Shown here: in pieces, positions 10,561 to 19,558 of the stretch | How the letters are laid out: each line of letters opens with the position of its first letter | Numbering within the stretch: position 1 is the stretch's first letter | Assembly: GCF_946900835.1 (NCBI RefSeq) | Contig: NZ_OX336137.1 | Coordinates: 1,228,213-1,292,212, forward strand | Source of the DNA: Nitrospina watsonii | GTDB lineage: Bacteria; Nitrospinota; Nitrospinia; Nitrospinales; Nitrospinaceae | Direction: 5' to 3' | Length of the DNA: 64,000 bases | Position numbers and translations under genes: made by a program | Notes under the pieces: generated by a model | Told to the model about the DNA's origin: nothing | What the model saw: the letters and a program-made list of their open reading frames with translations, nothing else | Database searches by the model: none

Positions 10561-10969
10561 GGACGTGTCCTCTATAGGTTACGAAGTTGCGCGGAGATTC
10601 GTACAACTTGATTTCGTGAAGCAACCCGTCGCCGAGCTTCGGTTCCAGCACTTCCCAGAACTTGATGGCCAGATTTTCGGCAGTGGGGATGACCCCTTGC
10701 AAAAACCCGACGTCCACGTTGAGATTCTTATGATCGACCTTGTCGATGATCTCATCGGTGACCAGCTTCTTGAGGAACTTCAGATCGAGAACCATGCCGG
10801 TTTCCGGATCGACGTCCCCGCGCACGGTCACTTCCATGGTGTAGTTGTGACCGTGACCATTGGGATTATTGCAAAGGCCAAACACCTGGGCGTTTTTTTC
10901 GTCAGAAAAGGATGGGTTGTACAGCCGGTGACTGGCGCAAAATTCTACTTTTCGTGTTATATAAATCAT
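10544..10969 (-). CDS. queD: 6-pyruvoyl-tetrahydropterin synthase / 6-carboxytetrahydropterin synthase (QueD/PTPS family)
   Basis: Start taken at [16 protein letters not shown] (PTPS ExxxxHRL motif). Size is about 141 aa. Overlaps folE by 17 bp. The ORF extends upstream to 11014. Confidence 0.75.
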   Translation of the reverse strand: MIYITRKVEFCASHRLYNPSFSDEKNAQVFGLCNNPNGHGHNYTMEVTVRGDVDPETGMVLDLKFLKKLVTDEIIDKVDHKNLNVDVGFLQGVIPTAENLAIKFWEVLEPKLGDGLLHEIKLYESPRNFVTYRGHVRERVD

Positions 10970-11044
10970 AGGTTTTCTTTCGTTCATGTTATTGAAGGGG
11001 GCCCACATTGTCAATGAAATTCAGGGTTTAAAGCCTTTGGAGAT

Positions 11045-12013
11045 GTGTTTATGAACCGCTTGTCCGGAAAAAAAGTCGTCGTCATCCGCACCGGAGCGCT
11101 GGGTGATGTGTTGATGATCCTGCCGTTTTTACAGGCGGTGCAATCGGTGCAACCGGAATGCCTCCATGTCGTGGTCGAAGCCCGGCAGAAAGAACTGATG
11201 CAGGGCTTCGATTGCGTTGATCGAGCCTTTGCCGCCGACGACCTCCAGTGGTGGTAGGTTTACGGCGACACGGCGGATGCGCCTCCCTACCGGTTTCTGC
11301 AAGATTACGACTGCGTGGTGGCTTTCATTCAGGACCACGGTGCTACCGTGGCCGACCGCATGCGGCAACGCCTGTCCGCCGAGGTGGTGGTGCGGCCACC
11401 GTTTCCATACCGGCGGGAATTGCATGTCAGCGACTATTACCTGCAAACCTTTGCGGAGCGTGTGCCGCAACCGGACTGGCCACCTGCCTGGCAGGCTCCA
11501 GCAACATCCTGCGCGGTGGCCGAACAGAAACTCCTGTCTGTCAAAAATGCTGTCAGGGGCTGCTGGGTGATGCACCCGGGCAGCGGGGGCGTTTCCAAAA
11601 ACTGGCCGTTGCCGGCGTTTCGTCAGCAAGCCGAGTGGCTGCGACAGCAGGGAGCCGCTCCCGTGTTTCTGCTCGGTCCGGCGGAAGTGACGATGGCCGA
11701 AGCCGTTCACGCGTTGGCTCGTGAACTGATGACTCCTGTATGGGACAATTTTCCCCTGACTGATTGCGCGGCCCTGCTCAGCCGGTGCGATGGGTTTCTG
11801 GGCAACGATGCCGGCATCGCCCACCTGGCTGCAGTGCTGGGCCTGCCGACCGTGGCGGTGTTCGTGAACAGCGATCCTGTGATGTGGCAGCCGCTGGGGT
11901 CCAACGTGAGCGTGGTCGATGTCCGGAAGGAAAAAGAGGTCGTCCCCCTGCCGGGATCGGAAGCCGTGCAGGAAGCCCTGAGCCGTTGGGTGCCGTTACG
12001 TTCCAACCCCTGA
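11045..12013 (+). pseudogene. Glycosyltransferase family 9 (heptosyltransferase-like) gene interrupted by an in-frame TAG at 11255-11257
   Basis: ORFs 11045-11257 and 11315-12013 are in the same frame (both start positions have the same remainder mod 3). The N-terminal part (VVVIRTGALGDVLMILPFLQAV) and the C-terminal part (GSGGVSKNWPL...GNDAGIAHLAAVLGLPTVAVF) together form a full-length GT9 fold of about 323 codons. Confidence 0.6.
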
Positions 12014-12021
12014 AAACCGGG

Positions 12022-12213
12022 TCATTTTAGATACTTGCGTTTGTTGTCGGTGGTGTAGAATCCCGTTCCGTACAGGTGGAAGGTGGAGCCGGTCACGCAT
12101 TTCTGCAGGGGGCCTCCACACTTCTCACATGTTTCGAGTGGCGGGTCATCTGTCCTCTGCAGGGCTTCGGTCCGGTCCTTACACTTTTCGCATTCGTATT
12201 CGTAAATCGGCAT
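12022..12213 (-). CDS. FmdB-family zinc-ribbon protein
   Basis: 63 aa, MPIYEYECEKC...CEKCGG. Matches the FmdB putative regulatory zinc-ribbon signature. Confidence 0.75.
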   Translation of the reverse strand: MPIYEYECEKCKDRTEALQRTDDPPLETCEKCGGPLQKCVTGSTFHLYGTGFYTTDNKRKYLK

Positions 12214-12276
12214 GATCGCGCCTCCTGCTCATCCGGTGAGCCTTGCACGCAGGGCCACCGGGGTGGATTCCAGATT

Positions 12277-12783
12277 TCATGGCCGGGGCCAGGAAATGGG
12301 TTTCTTCCCGGACTGTTCCCGGAAGATATCCAGCGTTTTCGGGATATTTTCTTTGACCTCATCAAGCCGGTACACTTTTTGGGGCAGGGTGAGGCCGAAT
12401 TCCTGTTCCCAGATACCTACCATTATACCGATCCGGTCGCTCAAAACCTGAAGAATTATAAACCGGTCGATTTCGAACTGTTTCTGAATGGACTCCGGCA
12501 TCATGAAGGTGCCATTCTGATTGACCTCGCCGAAACGCATCACCGCCAGGCCCTGGTGGACTTCCCTGAACCCGATCGAGGTGAAGAACTCTTCCATTTC
12601 GGGGGAGATGGCGCTTCGCGGCCAGACCACGATGCCGTATTTCTCCATATTCTGGTAAAGCGTGTAGGGGTGGGCATCCTGGGAAAAAGCCGGGGGCGTT
12701 GCAATGAGGGCCACCCAAAGGGCCCACATGGCTAGGATTCTCAACCACAACTTGTTGGACTGGAACCGGGGTTGATGCATCAT
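12277..12783 (-). CDS. Hypothetical secreted protein
   Basis: 168 aa with a hydrophobic signal-like N-terminus (WLRILAMWALWVALIATPPAFSQD). No recognisable domain. Confidence 0.45.
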   Translation of the reverse strand: MMHQPRFQSNKLWLRILAMWALWVALIATPPAFSQDAHPYTLYQNMEKYGIVVWPRSAISPEMEEFFTSIGFREVHQGLAVMRFGEVNQNGTFMMPESIQKQFEIDRFIILQVLSDRIGIMVGIWEQEFGLTLPQKVYRLDEVKENIPKTLDIFREQSGKKPISWPRP

Positions 12784-12805
12784 GATTCACCCCCTTTCAG
12801 GGCAA

Positions 12806-13225
12806 TCAGGGTTGGATTTCCGTCAGGCTGAAGAAATAGGACAATTCAAACGCCGCGTTTTCCGGAGAGTCCGAGCCATGCACCGAGTTCTTTTCGATAT
12901 CCACGGCAAAATCCTTACGGATAGTGCCCGCGGCGGCATCTTTGGGATTGGTGGCGCCCATCAGTTCCCGCCAGCTGGCAATGGCATTGCCCTTTTCCAG
13001 GGCCAGCAGCACGACCGGGCCGCCGGTGGCCATGTACGTGGTGAGGTCTTTGAAGAAAGGGCGTTCCTTGTGCACGTGGTAAAAGCCCTCGACCTGCTCC
13101 AGAGTCAATTTGGTGCGTTTCATGGCGACGATCCGGAATCCTTTGGATTCGATCCGCTCAAGAATTTTTCCAATCAGGTTGCGTTCTACAGCGTCGGGTT
13201 TGATGATAGCGAACGTTCTTTCCAT
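12806..13225 (-). CDS. ndk: Nucleoside diphosphate kinase
   Basis: 139 aa, AIIKPDAV...NSVHGSDS with active-site His. Confidence 0.95.
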   Translation of the reverse strand: MERTFAIIKPDAVERNLIGKILERIESKGFRIVAMKRTKLTLEQVEGFYHVHKERPFFKDLTTYMATGGPVVLLALEKGNAIASWRELMGATNPKDAAAGTIRKDFAVDIEKNSVHGSDSPENAAFELSYFFSLTEIQP

Positions 13226-13270
13226 TAGGCTTCAGGATCTCCAGCGTAAAATAAGTTGACGGTGAATGGG

Positions 13271-13306
13271 AAAAAAAAAGGTATTTGGGGAGAGCCCCAA
13301 ATACCT
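13271..13306 (-). terminator. Rho-independent terminator downstream of the OFOR operon
   Basis: Minus-strand reading AAGGTATTTGGGG-CTCT-CCCCAAATACCTT followed by a 9-nt T-run. Perfect 12-bp stem. Confidence 0.7.
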
Positions 13307-13347
13307 TTTCCTTCTAAAGCTTCAAACCAATATGGGCTGAAGGATGG

Positions 13348-13611
13348 TCAGCGCTGAACCACTCCCACCCGCTTGATCACGAAACGATCTTCCAGATTGT
13401 CGATCCACTTCATCTGGATAGCATCGTGTTTTGCAACGTCTCTGCAGATGTAAACGCAGATCTCGCAAGACTTGCAGCGATCCACCGAAACATAGGCGGA
13501 TTTATCTTCCTCGCTGTAGTTGATGCAGTTCGCCTCAGGACAATAAGTCGTGCACAAGTGGCAGTTGGTTTCAGCACAGATATCCTTGTTTACATCTGCA
13601 ACATAGTACAT
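13348..13611 (-). CDS. 2-oxoacid:ferredoxin oxidoreductase delta subunit (2x[4Fe-4S] ferredoxin)
   Basis: 87 aa with two Cys clusters (CxxCxxxCP and CxxCxxC-like). Confidence 0.8.
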   Translation of the reverse strand: MYYVADVNKDICAETNCHLCTTYCPEANCINYSEEDKSAYVSVDRCKSCEICVYICRDVAKHDAIQMKWIDNLEDRFVIKRVGVVQR

Positions 13612-13641
13612 GCTTGATTACACTCCAATTCAAAAGTTGCG

Positions 13642-14352
13642 TTAAACAGCAACCGGTTTCTCTTTATCGGCATGGACACCCCATTTGTGATCTATCGCGT
13701 ACTGATAGGCGGCTTTGATGGTGTCCATATTTGCCTGAAGCAACTTCTGCTTTTTGGCAAATTTCTTTTCGATGACGCTATCCAAAGAGGCGGTACCACC
13801 GGAGGTAACAATACCCTTGCCGATGAAACGATCCTTGACGGATCCCTCGATGGATTCCATGTCCGGCATGCCAAAGATGGCGGAGATGGCACCGCACATG
13901 GCCATGTTGGTGGCCAGGTCGGTTCCCGCGACATCATTTGCAAGCTCGGTAGCGGGCAGATAATAGATATTCGCTTTCTTATCCACCAGCTCCTTCTCTT
14001 CATCGGGGATGAGCTTCAACGGTTCCCGGTTGTTGATCAGGATGATGCCGTTTTCCTTGAGGCCCGTATAGAAAGGCATGGTGTACGACTTGCCCAGGGT
14101 GATGACCTGTGCACTGAAAATCATCAACACATTGGGGAAGACGATCTCGCCGATTTCATAAATTTCATCGTTGGAGATCCGCACGTAACTTTCAACCGGG
14201 GCGTTGCGTTTTTCGGAACCGAAAAAGGGGACGAGGGAACTGAACCCGTTTCCGATGACGACCGCGTTACTCAGAATGTGAGAGGCGGTGACAACGCCCT
14301 GGCCGCCAATGCCGGCCATGCGAACGTTATAACGTTTGACTTCTTCTACCAT
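13642..14352 (-). CDS. 2-oxoacid:ferredoxin oxidoreductase gamma subunit
   Basis: Start chosen at MVEEVKRYNVRMAGIGGQGVVTA, the typical gamma-subunit GxGGQG motif. The ORF extends upstream to 14442 into the beta subunit. Confidence 0.8.
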   Translation of the reverse strand: MVEEVKRYNVRMAGIGGQGVVTASHILSNAVVIGNGFSSLVPFFGSEKRNAPVESYVRISNDEIYEIGEIVFPNVLMIFSAQVITLGKSYTMPFYTGLKENGIILINNREPLKLIPDEEKELVDKKANIYYLPATELANDVAGTDLATNMAMCGAISAIFGMPDMESIEGSVKDRFIGKGIVTSGGTASLDSVIEKKFAKKQKLLQANMDTIKAAYQYAIDHKWGVHADKEKPVAV

Positions 14353-14371
14353 GGGTTTAAAACCTCCTCGT

Positions 14372-15250
14372 TTATTTTTTAGCAGCTTTGGCTTTTTCTT
14401 TGTCTTTCTTTTCGAGGTCGGTGATGTACGCCTTGGCTTCATCCGTCATTTCTTCGAGAAAACCGTAACGTTCTTTTTCGACGTCGAAGGCATCCTGCAT
14501 GACTTCCGGGGTCGGAATTGCATACTCAATGTTGCAGGAGGTGTACGCCTGAATGAAAGTCGGACCGACTTCACGCGCGATGAGAATGGCGCGACGAACG
14601 GTGCGGACGACACGTGCCGGGTTGGTCGGCGCGATCCGGGCGATGTAGGCACAACCCGCTACCCGGGCGAGGCCCAGAGCATCGATCTTGTCCGTAGCTT
14701 TACCACGCGGAGCCATTTTCAAGACCTGGCCCTTCATGGTCATACCACTTTCCTGACCGCCGGTGTTGCCGTAAACTTCGTTGTCCAGCATGATGGTCGT
14801 GAACCGCTCCTGGCGGAACCAGGAATGCATCAGTGCCTGAAAGCCGATGTCGATCAATCCGCCGTCACCGGCCTGAACGATAACGTCCTTGGGCTGGTTC
14901 GGGAAACGAATTTCCAGACCGCGTTTGAGGCCGGAAGCCACGGAGTTGGTGTCGCCGTAGTTGCCGTAGATGAAGGGGATGTTGGCCTGGGAAATCGCCA
15001 GACGTCCACACCCTGCGGTACCAACATTGATGGTGTGTTCCGGAGCGGGCAGAGCCAGCATCGTCAGGCGGATGAACAGCGTCATCGCGCAGCCTGCGCA
15101 CATCGGATGCTCTTCCAGAAGCTCCTTGAATTTCCCCATTTCGCTGACTTTTACTTCACGACCATACTGACCGTACTTAACCAGGTCGCGATATTCTACC
15201 GGGAGAATTTCCTCATAACCAGGGGCTGGTTTGACGGTTTCGAGAGACAT
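14372..15250 (-). CDS. 2-oxoacid:ferredoxin oxidoreductase beta subunit (TPP-binding)
   Basis: 292 aa, GDGG TPP motif (QAGDGGLIDIG) and Cys ligands near the N-terminus. Confidence 0.9.
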   Translation of the reverse strand: MSLETVKPAPGYEEILPVEYRDLVKYGQYGREVKVSEMGKFKELLEEHPMCAGCAMTLFIRLTMLALPAPEHTINVGTAGCGRLAISQANIPFIYGNYGDTNSVASGLKRGLEIRFPNQPKDVIVQAGDGGLIDIGFQALMHSWFRQERFTTIMLDNEVYGNTGGQESGMTMKGQVLKMAPRGKATDKIDALGLARVAGCAYIARIAPTNPARVVRTVRRAILIAREVGPTFIQAYTSCNIEYAIPTPEVMQDAFDVEKERYGFLEEMTDEAKAYITDLEKKDKEKAKAAKK

Positions 15251-15429
15251 AATTGGGGTACCTTTCTATATATATTTAAGAAAGTATTTATAAAGATTTA
15301 TGAAAACCCTCAGCCTGCAAGGGTTGATACATCGTTATAAAGCGCTGCTCATCCGGACTTGCAACCCGAAAAGGACAGCCTACACAAAATACCGGGTTAA
15401 CGCAACCTTAACGCAACCCAACTTCTGTT

Positions 15430-16638
15430 TTATTGAAGATTGCCTTTGCGGGCTTCCGCCAGCCAATCCAGAATCATTTCCGTCGGCATGGTCATGCCGC
15501 CATAGACCCGGGGACCCCCGGAGATCTGGGCGTCGCACTTGCCGTACAGGGTGGAACAGACTTCCTTGTGCAGCCAGCCGGCCTGATTGAATTCCGGAAT
15601 CAGAATCCGCTTGGCATGCTTGACGGCGGCGATGATCTCCTTCCGCGGCCAGGGGCGGATGGTCTTGACTTTGACCAGGCCCACCTTGCGGCCGGCTTCG
15701 CCTTCCTGACGGACGGCTTCGCGGGACTGGGAAACGGCCGAGCCGGAAGCAATGAGAAACTCCTCGGCATCCGGGTTGACCACTTCGATCAGGTCGCCGA
15801 TGTACTTGCGCCAGTGCCGGGCGGAACGCTCGACGGCGGCAAAGACTTCCTGCTGCCAGCTCGCATGCATGTGATAGCTGATGAAGTTGGACTTCTGAAT
15901 GGGAGCGTCACGGGACAACCGCGCCGGCGGGTTCTCGTTGTCCATGGCCGGTACGGCAGAACGCCAGCCATCACGCGGCGGCAGTTTGAATTCTTCCGAA
16001 GGCATGGACACTTTACCGCGGGCGTGGGTGACGAAAAAGCCGTCAACCGAAACGACCGCCGGCAGGGTGACATCGACTTCCTCAGACACCATGAAAGCGG
16101 CGAGGGTGTAATCGAAGAAGTCCTGCTGGTGTTCGGCGTGGGCATGCAGGATGCCGGTATTCAGCAAAAAGGAAATTTCGATGTTGTCCGGCTGAATGGC
16201 CAGCGGCGTGTTGATGACGCGGCACATGTTCAGCAGAACCAGAGGAGTCCGCGCGCCGGGCCAGGAGGCAATGGCTTCCATGCCGCGCATCAGACCGGGA
16301 CCGGAGGTCGCCGTCAAGGAGCGCACGCCAGCGCGTGATGCACCGCCAATGGCCGTCATGACGCCGATTTCTTCTTCCGCCCGATAGTAGTCTTTCAGAT
16401 ACCCTTCATCGTAGAGATAACCCACCTGCTGCATGGTCTCACTCTGCGGGGTGATGGGATAGGAGATGGCACAATCCACATTGCAGCGACGGATGGCTTC
16501 CCGTGCCGCTTCACTCCCGGTGATGAACTGGGTTTCACGCGGCGCTTCGTTCAACAACCACACCGGGTCCACGACTTTTTGCAAGTCGCCTTTGGGGACC
16601 CATTCCTCCTTTTTTTGGGTTGCAGTTTGCTCGGTCAT
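15430..16638 (-). CDS. 2-oxoacid:ferredoxin oxidoreductase alpha subunit
   Basis: 402 aa, pyruvate/2-ketoisovalerate-ferredoxin oxidoreductase domain I/II pattern (YPITPQSE). Confidence 0.9.
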   Translation of the reverse strand: MTEQTATQKKEEWVPKGDLQKVVDPVWLLNEAPRETQFITGSEAAREAIRRCNVDCAISYPITPQSETMQQVGYLYDEGYLKDYYRAEEEIGVMTAIGGASRAGVRSLTATSGPGLMRGMEAIASWPGARTPLVLLNMCRVINTPLAIQPDNIEISFLLNTGILHAHAEHQQDFFDYTLAAFMVSEEVDVTLPAVVSVDGFFVTHARGKVSMPSEEFKLPPRDGWRSAVPAMDNENPPARLSRDAPIQKSNFISYHMHASWQQEVFAAVERSARHWRKYIGDLIEVVNPDAEEFLIASGSAVSQSREAVRQEGEAGRKVGLVKVKTIRPWPRKEIIAAVKHAKRILIPEFNQAGWLHKEVCSTLYGKCDAQISGGPRVYGGMTMPTEMILDWLAEARKGNLQ

Positions 16639-16828
16639 AACGACTCCTCAACGCAAAAAGTTTATTCCAAGTGTTTAATTTAATTAGCTTTTTTAGCTAT
16701 TTGGTGTATTTGGGGCAACAGGAAACGAGGTCCCGGTTTCAGGAATGTTCAGAACAACCTGATTTGCGGTGACTAAATTATCATGTTTGCCCGTGTAATA
16801 CAATTTTATTGAAGAATTTCAAATGAAA

Positions 16829-16847
16829 TTTGTCGAAATTCGACAAA
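16829..16847. promoter_or_regulatory. Perfect 9-1-9 palindrome TTTGTCGAA-A-TTCGACAAA in the AT-rich region upstream of the OFOR operon
   Basis: Read directly from the sequence. About 190 bp upstream of the alpha-subunit start codon. Candidate dimeric-regulator operator. Confidence 0.3.
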
Positions 16848-17040
16848 ACTCCCGGGGGAAGGACACTTCTACGAATCCCGATTGCCCGGAAATAACTATT
16901 ACCTATAATAAAATCAATATGTTATGTGGCCTCAGAGGGTGAGGACAAAGTCCGCAGTGTTTTCCTGGTTGTTGTAGCCTTGCAGGGTTGCTTAGGCCCA
17001 GAGGTGAACTTTTTGCGTCATTGTATTTTTGTCCAGATAT

Positions 17041-17355
17041 CTATTCTACCACACCTTCCGTGAAATTGGGCTTTTTAAGGTAAACGAAGGCTTTTTCCAG
17101 AAACTCGTTCACCGCACGGTCATTGCGAAACGTCAACGTTTTTTTCGCCAGGTCGGTCGTGTGGCACAGATCGTATTGCAGGCCGTCCGCAGTGCGAAAC
17201 TTGATGACATCCACGGTCCATTCCAGTTGGGTGATGTCCTGAGTGGGGAAGTTGACCGCGGCCACTCCGTAATTGTTGATGCGATACACAAACTGAAGGC
17301 CACCGTTTCCATTTGGCTCGGACCGGGTGAGCACGAGGTTTTCTTCAGTCAACAT
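17041..17355 (-). CDS. Hypothetical protein
   Basis: ORF runs to 17403. Start chosen at the MLTEENLV Met, which has a GGGAG RBS-like motif about 10 nt upstream. GC3 is higher than in the antisense ORF 17029-17364. Confidence 0.35.
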   Translation of the reverse strand: MLTEENLVLTRSEPNGNGGLQFVYRINNYGVAAVNFPTQDITQLEWTVDVIKFRTADGLQYDLCHTTDLAKKTLTFRNDRAVNEFLEKAFVYLKKPNFTEGVVE

Positions 17356-17585
17356 GGTAAATAGGCTCCCTGATTTAAAATGAAGGTTTACCTTGGGGAG
17401 CAACGGGTTTCCCCAAGGTCAAAACCTGTGTTAGGATGGGCCTCCGGCTTGGCCGGACACTCCGAATATCCAATCATACCAGACGGATGGGCTGTGCGTA
17501 AAGGCCTCTTCAGCCAGACCAAAATATTCGCAATCTTTTTTTGCGGTCAACCATCTTAATTCCAAACCTGACTTGAAATTGATTA

Positions 17586-17876
17586 TTGATTATGGAACCG
17601 ATTGAACTGAACGACCCGGCAGAGATTCAACAGTTTTTGAGCAAGATCCGGCTTTCCGGCAAAGGCTTCACCTCCGACGCCCTACTGGGCGACGTGTTTG
17701 ATGCCGGGTTGGATTACCCCGATTTTTTGAAGGCGGAAGGGGAGGACCCGGACGCCAGTTACGACGGCAAATCCCCGGCCTGGGCGAAATATCATGTCCG
17801 CCAGGGAAAACGGGTGTTCATGGTGTACGGTGCCAAAGGGCGGGACCGCCGCTCACACTTTTCAGAAACACCTTGA
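17586..17876 (+). CDS. Hypothetical protein
   Basis: 96-aa ORF with no recognisable domain. Confidence 0.35.
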   Translation: MIMEPIELNDPAEIQQFLSKIRLSGKGFTSDALLGDVFDAGLDYPDFLKAEGEDPDASYDGKSPAWAKYHVRQGKRVFMVYGAKGRDRRSHFSETP

Positions 17877-17949
17877 AACTCACCTTCTATTATTTAAATA
17901 TTTAAAGCCGTCGTCTTCGTACGATACGGACGCTGTTGGGAGAGCGATC

Positions 17950-18399
17950 ATGAAATTCGATAAAGAAACGCAGGAACGCGTTCTTCGCGTTGCGGCCGAC
18001 CGCAACCAGGGCAAGGATTTTGAGGAACTGGATGAGTGCATCGCCCGCATCATGGACATGCACCCGGAGTTCGATCAGGCCTGGGAGATGGGAGAGATGG
18101 CCGTGTACCCGCAGGAAATCGAGGGCAAGGTGGTCAACCCCTTTGTCCATACGGTTCTGCATGTCATCGTGGACCAGCAAATCCAGGACGAGGCGCCGGA
18201 TTTCGTGACCACGTCTTATAAAGAGATGGTCGATATGGGCATGGACAACCACGAGATCCTGCACAACCTGATCTCAGTTTATGCCGACCTGTACTTCACC
18301 AACTTCCGCCGCGGCGACAACTTCAGCAACCTGGATTACCAGGAACGTTTGAAGCAGTTGGTGCGGCAGGCGCGTGCCCAGATGGACGAGGGAGAATAG
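17950..18399 (+). CDS. DUF1841-like protein
   Basis: Start at MKFDKETQ (the ORF extends to 17794). HPEF..W and NPFVH..LH motifs are reminiscent of DUF1841. Confidence 0.5.
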   Translation: MKFDKETQERVLRVAADRNQGKDFEELDECIARIMDMHPEFDQAWEMGEMAVYPQEIEGKVVNPFVHTVLHVIVDQQIQDEAPDFVTTSYKEMVDMGMDNHEILHNLISVYADLYFTNFRRGDNFSNLDYQERLKQLVRQARAQMDEGE

Positions 18400-18409
18400 C
18401 TCTTCCTCA

Positions 18410-18613
18410 CTACTCCGCCTGACCGGGCTTCAACGGTTCGTGGCAGACTTCGCAGTGATCCAGTTGGTAGTCGTTGGGATGCTGGCAGTTGGGACAGTCC
18501 AGCGTTTTATTCTCGGCTTGGGGAGGATCGAACGGCGTCAGGCACTTTTCGCACCACGCGGTTTTGTTTGGATTGGGTGCCCCGCAATGGGGACAGATCG
18601 ATGTGTGGCTCAT
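18410..18613 (-). CDS. Double zinc-ribbon protein
   Basis: CPHCG...CEKC...CPNC...CEVC, four CxxC pairs. Start taken at MSHTSICPHCG, because the longer ORF start lies inside a terminator hairpin. Confidence 0.5.
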   Translation of the reverse strand: MSHTSICPHCGAPNPNKTAWCEKCLTPFDPPQAENKTLDCPNCQHPNDYQLDHCEVCHEPLKPGQAE

Positions 18614-18614
18614 A

Positions 18615-18655
18615 CCCCTTGGGATGCAGAACATCCCAAGGGGTTTTGTTTTTTT
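18615..18655 (+). terminator. Intrinsic terminator-like hairpin (plus-strand orientation)
   Basis: CCCCTTGGGATG-CAGAA-CATCCCAAGGGG followed by TTTTGTTTTTTT on the plus strand. The minus-strand reading has no U-tract. Confidence 0.45.
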
Positions 18656-18688
18656 AACGGATTCCCGGAAAAATCGGGGGGAGGGCGC

Positions 18689-19558
18689 TTACAGGCACTT
18701 GGCGAGGGTCTTGCCGATGTCGGCCGGACTCTTCACCACTTTGATGCCGCACTTCTTCATGACCTTCATCTTGCCTTCCGCCGTACCCTGGCCACCGGAA
18801 ATGATGGCGCCTGCGTGGCCCATGCGGCGGCCCGGAGGCGCAGTCTGCCCGGCGATGAACCCGACCACCGGTTTGGTGACGTGTTTCTTGATATAGTACG
18901 CCGCTTCGTCTTCCGCCGACCCGCCGATCTCGCCGATCATGCAGATGGCCTTGGTGGCGCGGTCCTTCTGGAACAGCTTGAGGGTGTCGATGTAGCGGGT
19001 GCCGATGATGGGATCGCCGCCGATGCCGACGCAGGTGGACTGGCCGATGCCCATGGCCGTCAACTGACCGACGGCCTCGTAGGTCAAGGTGCCGCTGCGG
19101 GAAATGATGCCGACGTTGCCCTTTTTGTGGATGTGTGCGGGCATGATGCCGATCTTGCATTTGCCGGGAGAGATGACGCCGGGGCAGTTGGGCCCGACCA
19201 GACGCGAATCGGAATCCTGGATGTACCGGTACACTTCCACCATGTCATACACCGGAATGCCTTCCGAGATGCAGATGATCAATTCGACACCCGCATCCGC
19301 CGCTTCGAGAATGGCGTCCGCGGCGAACGCCGGCGGCACGAAGATCATCGAGGCGTTGGCCTTGGTTTTGGCGACGGCGTCTTTGACCGAATTGAAAACA
19401 GGAACGGTGTCCAGCACCTTCTGTCCGCCTTTACCCGGAGTCACACCCGCCACCAGCTGGGTGCCGTACTTCATGCACTGCTCGGCGTGAAACATGCCTT
19501 CGCGACCGGTGATGCCCTGAACCAGCAATTTTGTGTTTTCATCTACGAGAATGCTCAT
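18689..19558 (-). CDS. sucD: Succinyl-CoA synthetase alpha subunit
   Basis: 289 aa, CoA-binding GITGREG and phosphohistidine region MGHAGAI. Confidence 0.95.
   Translation of the reverse strand: MSILVDENTKLLVQGITGREGMFHAEQCMKYGTQLVAGVTPGKGGQKVLDTVPVFNSVKDAVAKTKANASMIFVPPAFAADAILEAADAGVELIICISEGIPVYDMVEVYRYIQDSDSRLVGPNCPGVISPGKCKIGIMPAHIHKKGNVGIISRSGTLTYEAVGQLTAMGIGQSTCVGIGGDPIIGTRYIDTLKLFQKDRATKAICMIGEIGGSAEDEAAYYIKKHVTKPVVGFIAGQTAPPGRRMGHAGAIISGGQGTAEGKMKVMKKCGIKVVKSPADIGKTLAKCL

Noticed and set aside
11129-11824. 231-aa minus-strand ORF
   Set aside because: Antisense to the GT9 gene body.
17029-17364. 111-aa plus-strand ORF
   Set aside because: Mutually exclusive with the minus-strand ORF 17041-17355. 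It has lower GC3. The coding strand remains uncertain.
17586-18399. Possible frameshift joining ORFs 17586-17876 and 17794-18399
   Set aside because: The two frames give unrelated sequences across the overlap. A clean internal ATG with context at 17950 explains the second gene.
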